From NCBI GenBank assembly GCA_964519455.1, contig CAZFIU010000012.1:2775-66774 (forward strand): a stretch of 64,000 bases of DNA, given 5' to 3'. The notes beneath the pieces were generated by a model. The model was not told where the DNA came from. It worked only from the letters and a program-made list of their open reading frames with translations, and searched no databases. This DNA is from an uncultured Syntrophobacterales bacterium. GTDB taxonomy: Bacteria > Desulfobacterota > Binatia > UBA9968 > JAJDTQ01. This document shows, in pieces, positions 8,662 through 18,640 of the stretch (the stretch's first letter is position 1; each line of letters starts with the position of its first letter). The translations under genes were made by a program, and so were the position numbers.

Positions 8662-9471
8662 TCAAACGAGTTGAAAGAACTCGCGCATAGCGACGTGGGC
8701 CGCGTCCGGATTGACGAAGAAGTAGCTGTGGCGTTCTCCGGGCAGCACGACAAGGCGGGCTCCGGGTATGCCTTGTTCGAGAATCTCCGACGAAGTCCGG
8801 TGGGATATGTCGCTGGTGACGTTGCGGTCGTGCTCGCCGACCAGGATCAAGGCAGGGCAGCGGATCTCGCCGAGGCGGCCGCTGGTGTCGTGCCCTTGCC
8901 GTGCCAGCAGGTGGCGGAAGTAGAACTCCACCGGCCCCATGTTGGCCATGCGCACGCGCAGGTAGTTCTCCACGCGGTCCGGGTGACGCTGGACGAACTC
9001 CTCGGTGAATCCGACGAGGATGGAGTGGTCACGGACATATTTCTCGTACCCCCATTCCACCATCTCCGTCGCGATCTTGAGAGGGATGCCCTTGGTGTGG
9101 GGATAGGCCGCCCCGGTGGACGCCAGGACGAGCGCCTTGATCCGCGCGGGATGATCCAATGCCATGACCTGGGCCACCCGGCCGCCCATGGAATGGCCGC
9201 AGACGATGGCCTCGCCCGCGCCGAGGTGGTCAAGGAGGGCCATGGCGTCGTCCGCGAACATCCGGGTCGTGAAGGGTATGGCCGGTTTTCCGGACTGTCC
9301 CGTGCCGCGATAGTCCATGGTGATCACCTGGTGGTCGCGGGCGAACTCCGGCACCTGATGGATTTTCCACACCTCCCCGTCGCAGTGAGTCTCGCTCAGG
9401 AAGAGCAGGGGCGCGCCCTCGCCGTGGACTTCGTAGTAGAGTTCGGTGTCGTTGACGGGTAGCAAGGGCAT
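8662..9471 (-). CDS. Alpha/beta hydrolase fold protein
   Basis: Translation begins MPLLPVNDTELYYEVHGEGAPLLFL and contains the nucleophile elbow GHSMGG. The long Arg-rich N-terminal part of the six-frame ORF was rejected. Confidence 0.8.
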   Translation of the reverse strand: MPLLPVNDTELYYEVHGEGAPLLFLSETHCDGEVWKIHQVPEFARDHQVITMDYRGTGQSGKPAIPFTTRMFADDAMALLDHLGAGEAIVCGHSMGGRVAQVMALDHPARIKALVLASTGAAYPHTKGIPLKIATEMVEWGYEKYVRDHSILVGFTEEFVQRHPDRVENYLRVRMANMGPVEFYFRHLLARQGHDTSGRLGEIRCPALILVGEHDRNVTSDISHRTSSEILEQGIPGARLVVLPGERHSYFFVNPDAAHVAMREFFQLV

Positions 9472-9527
9472 AAGGATCTCCAGCGGCGGTACAGCGGGTC
9501 GGCCGGACGTGAGCCATCCGGGCGCGG

Positions 9528-10709
9528 TCAGTCCATGTAACCGGTCTTCAACGCCCAGAGCCAGGCATAGACGATCTTCTCGTTGTAGAGCGCCCAGTGG
9601 CCCATGTGGGTGTACTTGGGCACCAGCCCCACGTGCACCCGGGCACCGCCGGCCGCGTACTTGCCGGCCATGTACATCTCGCGCTTGTCGCCCGGGCTCT
9701 TGCCGCCGATCCAGTGCCCGTGGTCGTTCTCGCCCACCATGAGCAGCACCCTGAGGTTCGCCAGCCACTCGGCGGGCGGGTCCTGCAGGTGGTCGAAGTA
9801 TTCCTCCCGCGGCAGCCCGGTGACCCGGACGTACTCCTCCAGCCGCTCGGGGAAGACGTTGTGCTGGTTGTCGCGCAGGCCGATCTTGATCTGCGGCCGG
9901 GTCTTCTCGGTGAGGCGGAAGAAGTCCTCCATGCGGCCCCAGGGCGTCAACTCCGGCAGGTCTTCGTAGTGGGAGCGCTTGTAGGCCTCCACGGTGCGCC
10001 GGGAGATCTGCGTCAGGCCGTAAGGCTTGGGCGATTCCATGCCGGTGTTCTCGCGCCATTCCCGGCGCCAGCCGTCGGGTCCGCCGCTGCCCCAGCCGAC
10101 GATGCCGATGACCTCGGCCTCGCGGGTGAAGCGGGTCAGGTGGGCGGCCATGGGGCCGCCGGTGGAGTGGCCGAAGGCGATGAGCCGACGCCCGCGCAGG
10201 TGGCGGTCGGTGAGCTGCCCGGCCCCCTGCAGGATGACGTTGAACGTGCACTTGAGCAGCCGGTCCTCCAGCTCTTCCTGGTCGATCGCGACGTCGAGGA
10301 GATAGAACGGCACCCGCTCGGCGATGGGTTTGTCCCACTCGCCGCCCGGAGGCCAGAGGCCCGGGTAGCTCAAGGTCAGCACCGTGAAGCCCTGGGCGGC
10401 CAGCCGCCGGGCCAGACCGGGACGCCCGTCCGGGGTGACGTCCATGACCGTCTCGTTGGCGCCGCCGCCGTGGAAGACGACGAAGGCGGGACGGTCGTCG
10501 CGCTCGCGCGCGGGAGTGTAGAGGGAGCCGTGCATGTCCCACTCGTAGCCGTTGCGCCGGTAGCGCTCCACCACCTCGGTGACGGTGTACGCGCCGTCGT
10601 CGTCCGGCGGCGGCATGCCGAGCCAGTCGTCCCAACCGATGGGGACGAGGGTGTCGTCGGACTCGAGGGCGCGCGTGAAGACCTGGGTTCCGGCCGGTGG
10701 TTCGGGCAT
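9528..10709 (-). CDS. Alpha/beta hydrolase family protein
   Basis: Translation contains the GHSTGG nucleophile motif. The ORF is 393 aa and not low-complexity. Confidence 0.75.
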   Translation of the reverse strand: MPEPPAGTQVFTRALESDDTLVPIGWDDWLGMPPPDDDGAYTVTEVVERYRRNGYEWDMHGSLYTPARERDDRPAFVVFHGGGANETVMDVTPDGRPGLARRLAAQGFTVLTLSYPGLWPPGGEWDKPIAERVPFYLLDVAIDQEELEDRLLKCTFNVILQGAGQLTDRHLRGRRLIAFGHSTGGPMAAHLTRFTREAEVIGIVGWGSGGPDGWRREWRENTGMESPKPYGLTQISRRTVEAYKRSHYEDLPELTPWGRMEDFFRLTEKTRPQIKIGLRDNQHNVFPERLEEYVRVTGLPREEYFDHLQDPPAEWLANLRVLLMVGENDHGHWIGGKSPGDKREMYMAGKYAAGGARVHVGLVPKYTHMGHWALYNEKIVYAWLWALKTGYMD

Positions 10710-10812
10710 GTTATTCTCCTGGTTCGGTCCTGTCCGGCAGGACGGCCGCCATCCTTGTGGCGTATAGCGGGAACCGCGGCGGAAGACAACGCGCGATCAC
10801 GGAGTGCACATC

Positions 10813-11697
10813 ATGGAGTTGGGTCTTTCCCTTTTTTCGACGGAGCGGTCCGGTCCCGTGGGCGACATCGCGCGGGAGGCCGAGGCCCTGGGCTTCGAGT
10901 CCCTGTGGTTTCCCGAGCACATGCTCATCCCGGTCCACTATGAAACGCGCTACAAGCGCACCCCGGACGGCAAGGTGCCCGAGTCCTTCGGACACCTGCC
11001 GGATCCTTTCATCGCCGCGGCCATGGCCGCTCAGGCCACGGAGCGCCTGCGCGTGGCCACCGGCATCTGCATACTGCCGCAACGCGAAGTCATCGCCACC
11101 GCCAAGGCAGCCGCCACGCTGGACCGACACAGCGGCGGACGCCTGATCATGGGGGTGGGCGCCGGCTGGTTTCCCGAAGAAGCGGCGATCCTCGGGGTCA
11201 CCGAGTTCAAGCGCCGGTGGCAGGCGTTGCGCGAGGGGGTCGAGGCGCTGCGCCTGTTGTGGACCCGGGAAGACGCCGAGTACGGTGGCGAGTTCGTTCG
11301 CTTCCCGCCGGTGCGGGTCTTCCCCAAGCCGCTCCAGAAGCCGCATCCTCCGGTCCACCTGGGGGTGCACGACCCCCGGCACGCGCCCCGGCGGGTAGCC
11401 CGGTACGCCGACGGCTGGTGTCCGGGGGACCTGCCCGTGGACGAGGCTGCGGACGCGGTGGCGAGTGTGCGGCGCGCGGCCGTGGAGAGCGGACGCGATC
11501 CCGCGGGGATCGAGTTCTCGGTGGTGCTGACGCCCGCCGAAGGCTTCCCCACCGTGGAAGACATGGCCCGTTACCGCGCGGCGGGCATGCGGCGCATCAT
11601 CCTGCGGGTGATGGAGGCCGCCACGGGGAGCGGGGTCGAAGCGGTGCGCCGGCTGCATCGCTTCATCGAACAGGCGCAACGCGTCGAACCGTGCTGA
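10813..11697 (+). CDS. LLM class (luciferase-like) flavin/F420-dependent oxidoreductase
   Basis: Translation begins MELGLSLFSTERSGPVGDIAREAEALGFESLWFPEH, which is typical of LLM/F420-dependent oxidoreductases. An RBS acggag precedes the ATG at 10813. Confidence 0.8.
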   Translation: MELGLSLFSTERSGPVGDIAREAEALGFESLWFPEHMLIPVHYETRYKRTPDGKVPESFGHLPDPFIAAAMAAQATERLRVATGICILPQREVIATAKAAATLDRHSGGRLIMGVGAGWFPEEAAILGVTEFKRRWQALREGVEALRLLWTREDAEYGGEFVRFPPVRVFPKPLQKPHPPVHLGVHDPRHAPRRVARYADGWCPGDLPVDEAADAVASVRRAAVESGRDPAGIEFSVVLTPAEGFPTVEDMARYRAAGMRRIILRVMEAATGSGVEAVRRLHRFIEQAQRVEPC

Positions 11698-11726
11698 TCG
11701 GTTTCCGGGCCGGGCGGCACGCCGGT

Positions 11727-12536
11727 CTATGCCGGCAGGCCCCTGGTGATGAGCACCGTCAGACCCAGGCCCCAGCAGTAGAGAGCGAACCAGGTGAGGC
11801 GGCGTGACAGCAGGACCCTCAGCAGCACCTCGATGCCGAGATAGCCGGTCACGAACGCGGCGACGAAGGCCACAGCGTAGCCGGGCGCGTTGATCTCGAG
11901 AGTTCCGTCCAAACCGTGGGAAAGGAGCTGGAGCGTGAATGCTCCCAGGATCGCGGGTATGGAAAGCAGGAACGAGTAACGCAGGGCGAGGTTGCGTCCG
12001 AGACCGCTCAAGACGCCCGCGGCAACGGTCGCCCCGGAGCGCGACACCCCCGGGATGATGGCCATGCCCTGGACGAGGCCGATGAGGAGGGCGTGCCAAA
12101 CGCGCATTTTCTCGATGTCCGCGCCCTTGCCGCGCGCACGATCCGTGGCTGCAAGCAGGGTGCCGGTCACCAGCAGCATGCTCGCCGCGGTGGGGACGCT
12201 GCTGAAAAGGTGCTCCAGTCCGTCCTTGAACAGCAGGCCGATCAGGGCCGTGGGCAGGGTGCCGGCCAAGACCAGCCCGAGAAGGCGGACGGCGGCCGGG
12301 TCGGAACTCCGGGGCCTCAGCCCGGCATGTGCCAACACCGCGACATCGTTGCGAAAGTACAGCAACACCGCGCCGAGCGTTGCCAAGTGTACGGTGGCAT
12401 GGAACAATACGCCGGTTTCCCGGAAGCCGGGCAGCCACGACTGAACCAGGACCAGATGGCCCGAACTGCTGACCGGAAGGAACTCGGTGAGCCCTTGAAG
12501 GATTCCCAGGGTTGCAAGAGTCAGGGTAGGGCTCAC
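11727..12536 (-). CDS. uppP: Undecaprenyl-diphosphate phosphatase (BacA/UppP)
   Basis: Translation contains the UppP motifs LGILQGLTEFLPVSSSGH and PGVSRSG. The protein is about 269 aa and predicted to be multi-pass membrane. Confidence 0.85.
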   Translation of the reverse strand: MSPTLTLATLGILQGLTEFLPVSSSGHLVLVQSWLPGFRETGVLFHATVHLATLGAVLLYFRNDVAVLAHAGLRPRSSDPAAVRLLGLVLAGTLPTALIGLLFKDGLEHLFSSVPTAASMLLVTGTLLAATDRARGKGADIEKMRVWHALLIGLVQGMAIIPGVSRSGATVAAGVLSGLGRNLALRYSFLLSIPAILGAFTLQLLSHGLDGTLEINAPGYAVAFVAAFVTGYLGIEVLLRVLLSRRLTWFALYCWGLGLTVLITRGLPA

Positions 12537-12988
12537 GATTCGGGCTCGCGACTCATCGTCCGCCGAAAGGGCGTTGCCCCGCGCCGGGCTCGCGCGGCGT
12601 TCGGTCGGGGATCGTTGCGGAGTCTACTACGAAACGGGCCGCGAGGCCATGACAGCGGCCCGTGCGACTCGTTGCCGAGGTCCCGCTCATGACAGTGGCG
12701 AAGAACGGGGCAAGCATCGTTCGGTATGGAAGCTATTGAGTCGCAACGATCATCATTTAATTTCTCTTTCGACAAATTGTAACCAAATTGTAATAATCTA
12801 ATGTTAGCTGCGGTAACTGCTGCCTTGACTCACGTTGTTCTGCCTGTCTCTGACATGGGCTCGGGTGCTGCAAACGCGACCGCGAACCCGTATCAGAGAC
12901 AGGAAGACAGCGTGTCCAACCAAAACGGTCGGGGACGGACCCCTCCTCCCGCGTCCCCGGCCGCCTTCCTCTTCCAATCGAGACCTCA

Positions 12989-14067
12989 TGACGGTTTTTG
13001 ACGGCAGGCTCAGCCTTCAGTTCGTCACCCACCTGGCGAACCACTACACGGTCAACCGTTTTGTGGAACTGGCCGCCCTGGCCCGCGAACGCGGCTTCGA
13101 ACGTATCTGGCTCAATGACAACGCACGCTACCGGAGCCAGGTGGTGGTCCTTTCCGCCATCGCCGCGCGCGTGCCCATCGGCGTGGGTACGGCCGTGCTG
13201 GTGCCCTACTTCCATCATCCCATCGAGGTGGTGGACTCGCTGGCGGCTCTTTCGGAGCTGAGCGACGGGCGCGAAGTGGGGTTCGGGCTGGCGCGAGGTT
13301 CCACCACCCAGACGCCGCAGCACGTGACCATGCACCGGCCCCTGGCGCTGGTGCGGGAGTTGGCCGTGTTCGTGTCGCGGGCGCTGGCCGGGGAGAGCGT
13401 GAACTACGCGGACTTCCCCGTGCTGTGCGAGCACTACCACTTCAATCCCGCGGGCAGGTTCAAGCTCGCGTTCACGCCCAAGTCCCCCGTGGTCATCTAT
13501 TCGGGCGGCAACGGCCCCCGGTCGCTGCGCATGGGCGGCCGGGTCATGGACGGCCTCATCAGCTCGGGGACCTTCATTCCCATGCTTCGGGCGGGCCGGC
13601 TCAAGGGGATGATCGAGAGGGCCGAGGCCGGGGCGCGCAGCGCCGATCCCGGCAAGACCCTGCGCAAGATGGTGGAGCTCAACGTGTCGGTATCGCGCGA
13701 CCGGGACGCGGCCATGGAGTTCCCCAAGCGCCAGGTGGCCCACTCGATCCCCCAGTGGGAGTCGCTCGGGTTCACACCCGACGAGTACGCCCGGCTCGGC
13801 GTGGAGCGGGGGCGCGTGCTCGATCTCAAGGACGCCTTCGCCCATGGCGCCACCATCGAGGAGGCCGCGGCCCTCGTTACCGAGCAGATGGTCCTGTCGT
13901 ATTACGTCGCCGGCACCCCCACCGAGGTCGCCGACCAGGTCGTGGAGCTGGCCGTCCAGGCCCGGGAGATGGGCTACCACGAGATCGCCTTCGCCAAGCT
14001 CGGCCCCGACTACGAGGAGGCCATCGAGATGCTGGCGGAAAGTGTCATGCCACGGCTGAACGGGTAG
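12989..14067 (+). CDS. LLM class flavin-dependent oxidoreductase, tandem paralog 1
   Basis: Translation begins MTVFDGRLSLQFVTHLANHYTVNRFVELAALARERGFERIWLNDN. It is about 75% identical to the downstream paralog. Confidence 0.85.
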
Positions 14068-14108
14068 GCTCGACACCCGGTTCCGGTCGTTCGGAGGAAA
14101 GGGATTCC

Positions 14109-15188
14109 ATGGCGGCATTCGAGGGAAAGCTCGGTCTCCAGTTCGTCATCCACTTGGCGAACCAGTACACGGTGAACCAACTGGTGGAGCTGGCCGAACT
14201 GGCGCACAGGCGCGGCTTCGAGCGCATCTGGGTCAACGACAACGCGCGTTACCGGAGTCAGGTGGTCGTGCTCTCGGCCATCGCGGCGCGCGTCCCCATC
14301 GGCATCGGCACCGCCATCCTGGTGCCTTATCTGCATCATCCCATCGAAGTCGTGGACTCGCTCGCGGCGCTGTCCGAACTGAGCGAGGGGCGCGAGATAG
14401 GGTTCGGGCTCGCGCGCGGCGATCTGGCGCAGACCCCGCAGCACGTGGCCGTGGACCGGCCCATCTCGCTGGTGCGGGAACTGGCCGTGTTCGCGCGGCG
14501 CGCGCTCGCCGGCGAGCGGGTTCCCTACGGCGAATTCCCGGTGCTGTGCGAATACTACCACCTGAATCCCCGGGGCAGGTTCGAGTTGGCGTTCACGCCC
14601 AAGTCTCCGGTGGTGATCTATTCCGGCGGCAACGGACCCCAATCGCTGCGCATGGGCGGACAGGCGATGGACGGGCTCATCAGCTCCGGCACTTTCATCC
14701 CCATGCTCCGGGCGGGCCGTTTGAAGGAGATGCACGAGATGATCGAGGCCGGCGCCCGCAGCGTCGACCCCGACAAGAAGCTGCGCAAGATGGTGGAACT
14801 CAACGTGTCGATAGCGCGCGACCGGGACGCCGCCATCGAGTTTCCCAAGCGCCAGGTGTCCCACTCCATCCTCCAGTGGGAGGCGCTCGGGTTCACCGCC
14901 GAAGAGTACGACCGGCTGGGCGTGGAGCGGCAGAAGGTGTTCGACCTGAAGGAGGCCTTCGCCCGCGGCGCCACCGTCGAGGAAGCCGCGGAGATGGTGA
15001 CCGAGGAGATGGTCCTCAACTACTACGTCGCCGGGCGTCCCGAGGAAGTGGCCGATCAGATCGTGGAGTTGGCGGGAGAGGCCGGGGAACTGGGATACGA
15101 TGAGATCGCCTTCGCCAAGCTCGGCCCCGACTACGGGGAAGCCATCGAAATGCTGGCGGAGAGTGTGATGCCGCGCCTGCGGGGATAG
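14109..15188 (+). CDS. LLM class flavin-dependent oxidoreductase, tandem paralog 2
   Basis: Translation begins MAAFEGKLGLQFVIHLANQYTVNQLVELAELAHRRGFERIWVNDN. An RBS ggaggaaaggg lies upstream. Confidence 0.85.
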   Translation: MAAFEGKLGLQFVIHLANQYTVNQLVELAELAHRRGFERIWVNDNARYRSQVVVLSAIAARVPIGIGTAILVPYLHHPIEVVDSLAALSELSEGREIGFGLARGDLAQTPQHVAVDRPISLVRELAVFARRALAGERVPYGEFPVLCEYYHLNPRGRFELAFTPKSPVVIYSGGNGPQSLRMGGQAMDGLISSGTFIPMLRAGRLKEMHEMIEAGARSVDPDKKLRKMVELNVSIARDRDAAIEFPKRQVSHSILQWEALGFTAEEYDRLGVERQKVFDLKEAFARGATVEEAAEMVTEEMVLNYYVAGRPEEVADQIVELAGEAGELGYDEIAFAKLGPDYGEAIEMLAESVMPRLRG

Positions 15189-15239
15189 CGTTCACCCTCC
15201 GGCAGAGTCACTTCCAACCGGTTCGGGAGAGGACACCGT

Positions 15240-15785
15240 CTACAGGCTGCGCTTCTTCTGCCGCGCGCGCAGCGCCTCCAGGTTCTGGCGCGCGCCTCCG
15301 GCGAAGGGATGGACGGCGAGGGTGGCCTCGAACGCGGCGATGGCGGCCTCGTCGTTGCCCATGGCGGTCATGATGAGGCCGAGCCCGGAGAGGGCGCCGA
15401 AGTGGCGCGGCTCGAGCTCCAGGGTGCGGTCGATGTCCTTCACCGACGCGCCGTACTCGCCCATGAGGTAGTAGACGGTGGCACGCTTGTTCCAGGCCTC
15501 GGCGAAGCCCGCGTCGAGCTCGGTCATCTCGCTGAAGGTCTTCACCGCCGCCGCGTAGTTCTGCGCGGACATCTCCGCAAGCCCCCGGCGCATGAGCTCG
15601 TTGACGTCGTCATCGTCCGACTGATGCCAGATGGCCCAGATCAGGTTGGTGACCGCCGCGGCGTGGTGTGCGTCGTCCGTGGTGTGGAGGCGGGCGAACA
15701 GGGCGTCGAGCCGCGGGTCTGTCTGATCGGCCATGAGGATTGGGGACGACGTCAGGAATAAAGCAATCAGTACCGCTCCAACCAT
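15240..15785 (-). CDS. TPR-repeat protein with N-terminal signal/anchor
   Basis: Translation contains TPR-like helical repeats (AAAVKTFSEMTELDAGFAEAWNKRATVYYLMGEY...). The start is uncertain: a TTG at 15830 is an alternative. Confidence 0.6.
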   Translation of the reverse strand: MVGAVLIALFLTSSPILMADQTDPRLDALFARLHTTDDAHHAAAVTNLIWAIWHQSDDDDVNELMRRGLAEMSAQNYAAAVKTFSEMTELDAGFAEAWNKRATVYYLMGEYGASVKDIDRTLELEPRHFGALSGLGLIMTAMGNDEAAIAAFEATLAVHPFAGGARQNLEALRARQKKRSL

Positions 15786-15974
15786 GATCACGGCGCCACC
15801 ATACAGGCTCGGGTTTCCGCGCGTCAACACGCGGCGGACCGTGCCGGGCGTGTTTGCCGGCGGCGGCCAAGTCGGTTATGGATGGGGCTGTGCCAAGCCG
15901 GAGGACGCCGCGCCGGACGCCGGCCGTGCGCGTCCTGGATTCCAACACAGTTCCAACCAAGGAGTCAGGCAATC

Positions 15975-16922
15975 ATGGGAACGACACTTGTCACCGGAGT
16001 GGGCCTCGTCGGCACCTCGTTCGCGCAATGGGCGCTGAAGCGCAAGGAGAAGCTGGTCTTCTATGACTTCATGCCGCGCACGGAGTACTTGCACCGCAAG
16101 CTCGGAACGGCGGACGTGGAGGTGGTTCAGAAGGACGTCCGGGACCTGCCGGCGCTCACGGAGGCGATGCTGCGCTTCCGGCCGGAGACCGTGGTGCATA
16201 CCGCCGGACTGATCGGCGGCCGGGTGGTGGAATCGCTCTACAACGGCATGCAGATCAACGTGATGGGCACCATCAACGTGCTCGAAGCCGCGCGGCTCAC
16301 CGGGGTGAAGCGGTTCGTCCTGATCAGCACCTTCGGTGCCTATGACCGGCGGCGTGCCGGGGATCAACCCACCCACGAGGACATGCCGCGGGGGCCGGGC
16401 GCCGGCTACGGCAACTCCAAGGCCACCAAGGAGCTGATGGCGGAGGCATACCAGCGCCTGTACGGGTTCGAGCTGCTGACGCTGCGGCTGGCCAACGCCT
16501 ACGGGCTCGGGCACTTCTGGGGCGGCTCCGGCGGCGGCGAGAAGGTGCAGATGCTCCTGGAGGCGGGCATCCGCGGCGAGGTGGCGCGGATTCCCCAGGC
16601 CCAGACCATGACCTTCGAGTACGTCTACGCCAAGGACATGGGGCGCGCCGTGGACCTGGCGACGACGGCGCCGATGCCCGAGAAGACCACCTTCAACATC
16701 GGCTCCGGCCAGGTGACGACCTTCGACGAACTGGTGGCGGCGGTGGAGCGGCAGTTTCCCAAGCTGGAGGTGGAGGTGATTCCCGGAAGGCCGCCGGACG
16801 TGTCGGCCAGCGTGCCGCTGGACATCTCCCGGGCGAAACAATACCTGGGCTGGGAGCCGCGGTACACCATGGATACGGCGTTCGAGGACTACGTCAAGGA
16901 CCTCCGGGCGGTGATGGAGTAG
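15975..16922 (+). CDS. NAD-dependent epimerase/dehydratase family protein
   Basis: Translation begins MGTTLVTGVGLVGTS with a GxGxxG motif and carries the extended-SDR signature YGNSK. An RBS aaggag lies upstream. Confidence 0.8.
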   Translation: MGTTLVTGVGLVGTSFAQWALKRKEKLVFYDFMPRTEYLHRKLGTADVEVVQKDVRDLPALTEAMLRFRPETVVHTAGLIGGRVVESLYNGMQINVMGTINVLEAARLTGVKRFVLISTFGAYDRRRAGDQPTHEDMPRGPGAGYGNSKATKELMAEAYQRLYGFELLTLRLANAYGLGHFWGGSGGGEKVQMLLEAGIRGEVARIPQAQTMTFEYVYAKDMGRAVDLATTAPMPEKTTFNIGSGQVTTFDELVAAVERQFPKLEVEVIPGRPPDVSASVPLDISRAKQYLGWEPRYTMDTAFEDYVKDLRAVME

Positions 16923-16924
16923 GC

Positions 16925-17575
16925 ATGGAACTGCTCCACTGCGTTTACGAGCCCGAGGGGGATGGCCCCCACCCGACGATTCTGGCGCTGCACGGCCGTG
17001 GCGCCAATGCCATGGACCTGCTGGGCCTGGCGCCGCACCTGGGCGGCGGCGCGTTCCGGGTCATCTGTCCGCAGGCGCCGCTGGAGGTGCAGTTGGGCCC
17101 GGGCGTGACCGGCTACGCCTGGTTCCCCATGTCCCTGGGCGGCGAGATCGACACCGGCGCGTTCCTGTCCGCCCGCGACCGGCTCCGCTCTTTCGTGGAC
17201 CAGTGCGCCGGGCAGTACCCTTTGGGCGGCCGCAAGCTCACTCTGCTGGGCTTCAGTCAGGGCGGAGGCATGGCATACAGCCTGGGCCTGTCCGAGCCGG
17301 ACCGCTTCGCGGGCATGTGCATTCTGAGTTCGTGGCTCCGGGAGGGGACCCTGTCGGCGCTGGGCGTGGCCGACCGGGTCGACTCCCTGCCGACCCTCGT
17401 GCAGCACGGCAGGCGCGACGAGCTGATCGAGCTGGCGCGGGCCAAACACTCGATCGAGTTGCTGGAGAGACTTCAGGTGCCGGTGGAGTACCGCGAGTAC
17501 GACATGGGGCACGAGATCAACTCGCGGAGCCTGGGCGATCTGTCGGCGTGGCTCAGTGAGAAGGTGCTGGCGTAG
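16925..17575 (+). CDS. Phospholipase/carboxylesterase-type alpha/beta hydrolase
   Basis: Translation contains the GFSQGG nucleophile elbow and is about 216 aa. The start is tightly spaced with the epimerase stop. Confidence 0.75.
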   Translation: MELLHCVYEPEGDGPHPTILALHGRGANAMDLLGLAPHLGGGAFRVICPQAPLEVQLGPGVTGYAWFPMSLGGEIDTGAFLSARDRLRSFVDQCAGQYPLGGRKLTLLGFSQGGGMAYSLGLSEPDRFAGMCILSSWLREGTLSALGVADRVDSLPTLVQHGRRDELIELARAKHSIELLERLQVPVEYREYDMGHEINSRSLGDLSAWLSEKVLA

Positions 17576-17630
17576 CTCCAGCCTCTCCGCACATCCTGCC
17601 GCCCAATTGACCGGACACCACACCAGCGTT

Positions 17631-17700
17631 CGTATTCCCGGCCCTCCAGTTTGTATTCCCGGCCCTCCAATACGTCATTCCCGGCCCTCCAATACATTGG
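17631..17700. repeat. Three tandem copies of a ~21-bp unit GT(C)ATTCCCGGCCCTCCAATAC
   Basis: The copies read gtattcccggccctccag / gtattcccggccctccaatac / gtcattcccggccctccaatac. They are intergenic, between the convergent esterase and DMT transporter genes. Confidence 0.7.
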
Positions 17701-17782
17701 GGGGCGTAAGTCTCCTTTTCATTGCCCCCATTGGGTAGGGCTTGCCGCGCATCACGGACTTTCTTGCAACATCGGGGTTTGA

Positions 17783-18640
17783 CTACGCCAGGTAGATGGC
17801 GATGATTCCCGCGATGACGAAGATGGTGGCGACACCGGTGCGGAGAGAGACCTGCTCGATGTCGCGGGAGAAGAGGAGCGTGCCCAGCAGCACCCACAGC
17901 GGGGCGACACAGACGATGGGGCCGACCACCACGACGTTGCCCACACCCAGGGCCTTGACCAGCGCCCAGATCCCGATGGCCTCGAAGACGCCCGTGGCCA
18001 GGAAATAGGGCATGGCGCGGCGGTCGAGCACGATGTTCGCGCGCGCCTTGGGGTTGAGGAGATTGAGCAGCATGGGGGCCAGGGCGGATATGCCCATGAC
18101 CGCGCTCAGGAACAGCGGCTCGTTGGCGAGGGTGAGGCCGTAGCGCCGGATCGGGTGGTTGACGCCGGCGGTGAGGGCGGCGATCACCGGGAAGATGAGC
18201 TCCCATGTCTTGTAGGTCGCCTGCTGCCCCGGGTTCCACGAGAGCAGGGTGATGCCGAACACCACCGATCCGGTGCCGAAGACGATGAACGGCGTCAGGG
18301 TTTCGTGCAGGAACATGACCGCCAGGGCGGTGCCGAAGATCGGGTTGGTGGCCTGGACGGTGCTGGTGACGCTGGCGCCCAGGCGGGCGACCCCGTGGTA
18401 GGCGAACATGCGCGTGCCGAGCTGGAGCCAGCCGCCGACGATGAAGCAGAGGATGGCCAGCAGGGGGACGGCGGGGGCGCCGCCGGTGGCGAAGACGATG
18501 GTCCAGAGGATGGTGCTGTTGACGGTCAGCGCGACATAGGCAGCGGTGGCCGGGGTGGAGTACACCAGTCCGCGCCGGGTGGCCAGGAAGCAGCCGGCGT
18601 AGAAGAACGAAGTCACCAGGGCGAGGAACTGAGGTGTCAT
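17783..18640 (-). CDS. DMT superfamily (EamA-like) transporter
   Basis: The protein is about 285 aa with multiple hydrophobic spans. Its ATG overlaps the stop of the upstream gene (ATGA). Confidence 0.8.
   Translation of the reverse strand: MTPQFLALVTSFFYAGCFLATRRGLVYSTPATAAYVALTVNSTILWTIVFATGGAPAVPLLAILCFIVGGWLQLGTRMFAYHGVARLGASVTSTVQATNPIFGTALAVMFLHETLTPFIVFGTGSVVFGITLLSWNPGQQATYKTWELIFPVIAALTAGVNHPIRRYGLTLANEPLFLSAVMGISALAPMLLNLLNPKARANIVLDRRAMPYFLATGVFEAIGIWALVKALGVGNVVVVGPIVCVAPLWVLLGTLLFSRDIEQVSLRTGVATIFVIAGIIAIYLA

Noticed and set aside
8662-10635. 657-aa ORF apparently fusing two hydrolases
   Set aside because: The N-terminal two-thirds is Arg-rich nonsense antisense to the second hydrolase. 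Only the C-terminal 269 aa (8662-9471) form a real alpha/beta hydrolase, starting at MPLLPVNDTELYY.
12537-12988. Possible tRNA or small-RNA gene in the long intergenic region
   Set aside because: No cloverleaf-compatible sequence (no T-loop GTTCRANYC-type motif with acceptor pairing) was found. No tRNA-like or rRNA-like sequences were seen anywhere in the window.
17631-17700. Possible CRISPR array
   Set aside because: It has only three directly abutting ~21-bp units with no spacers and no cas genes nearby. It is a simple tandem repeat.
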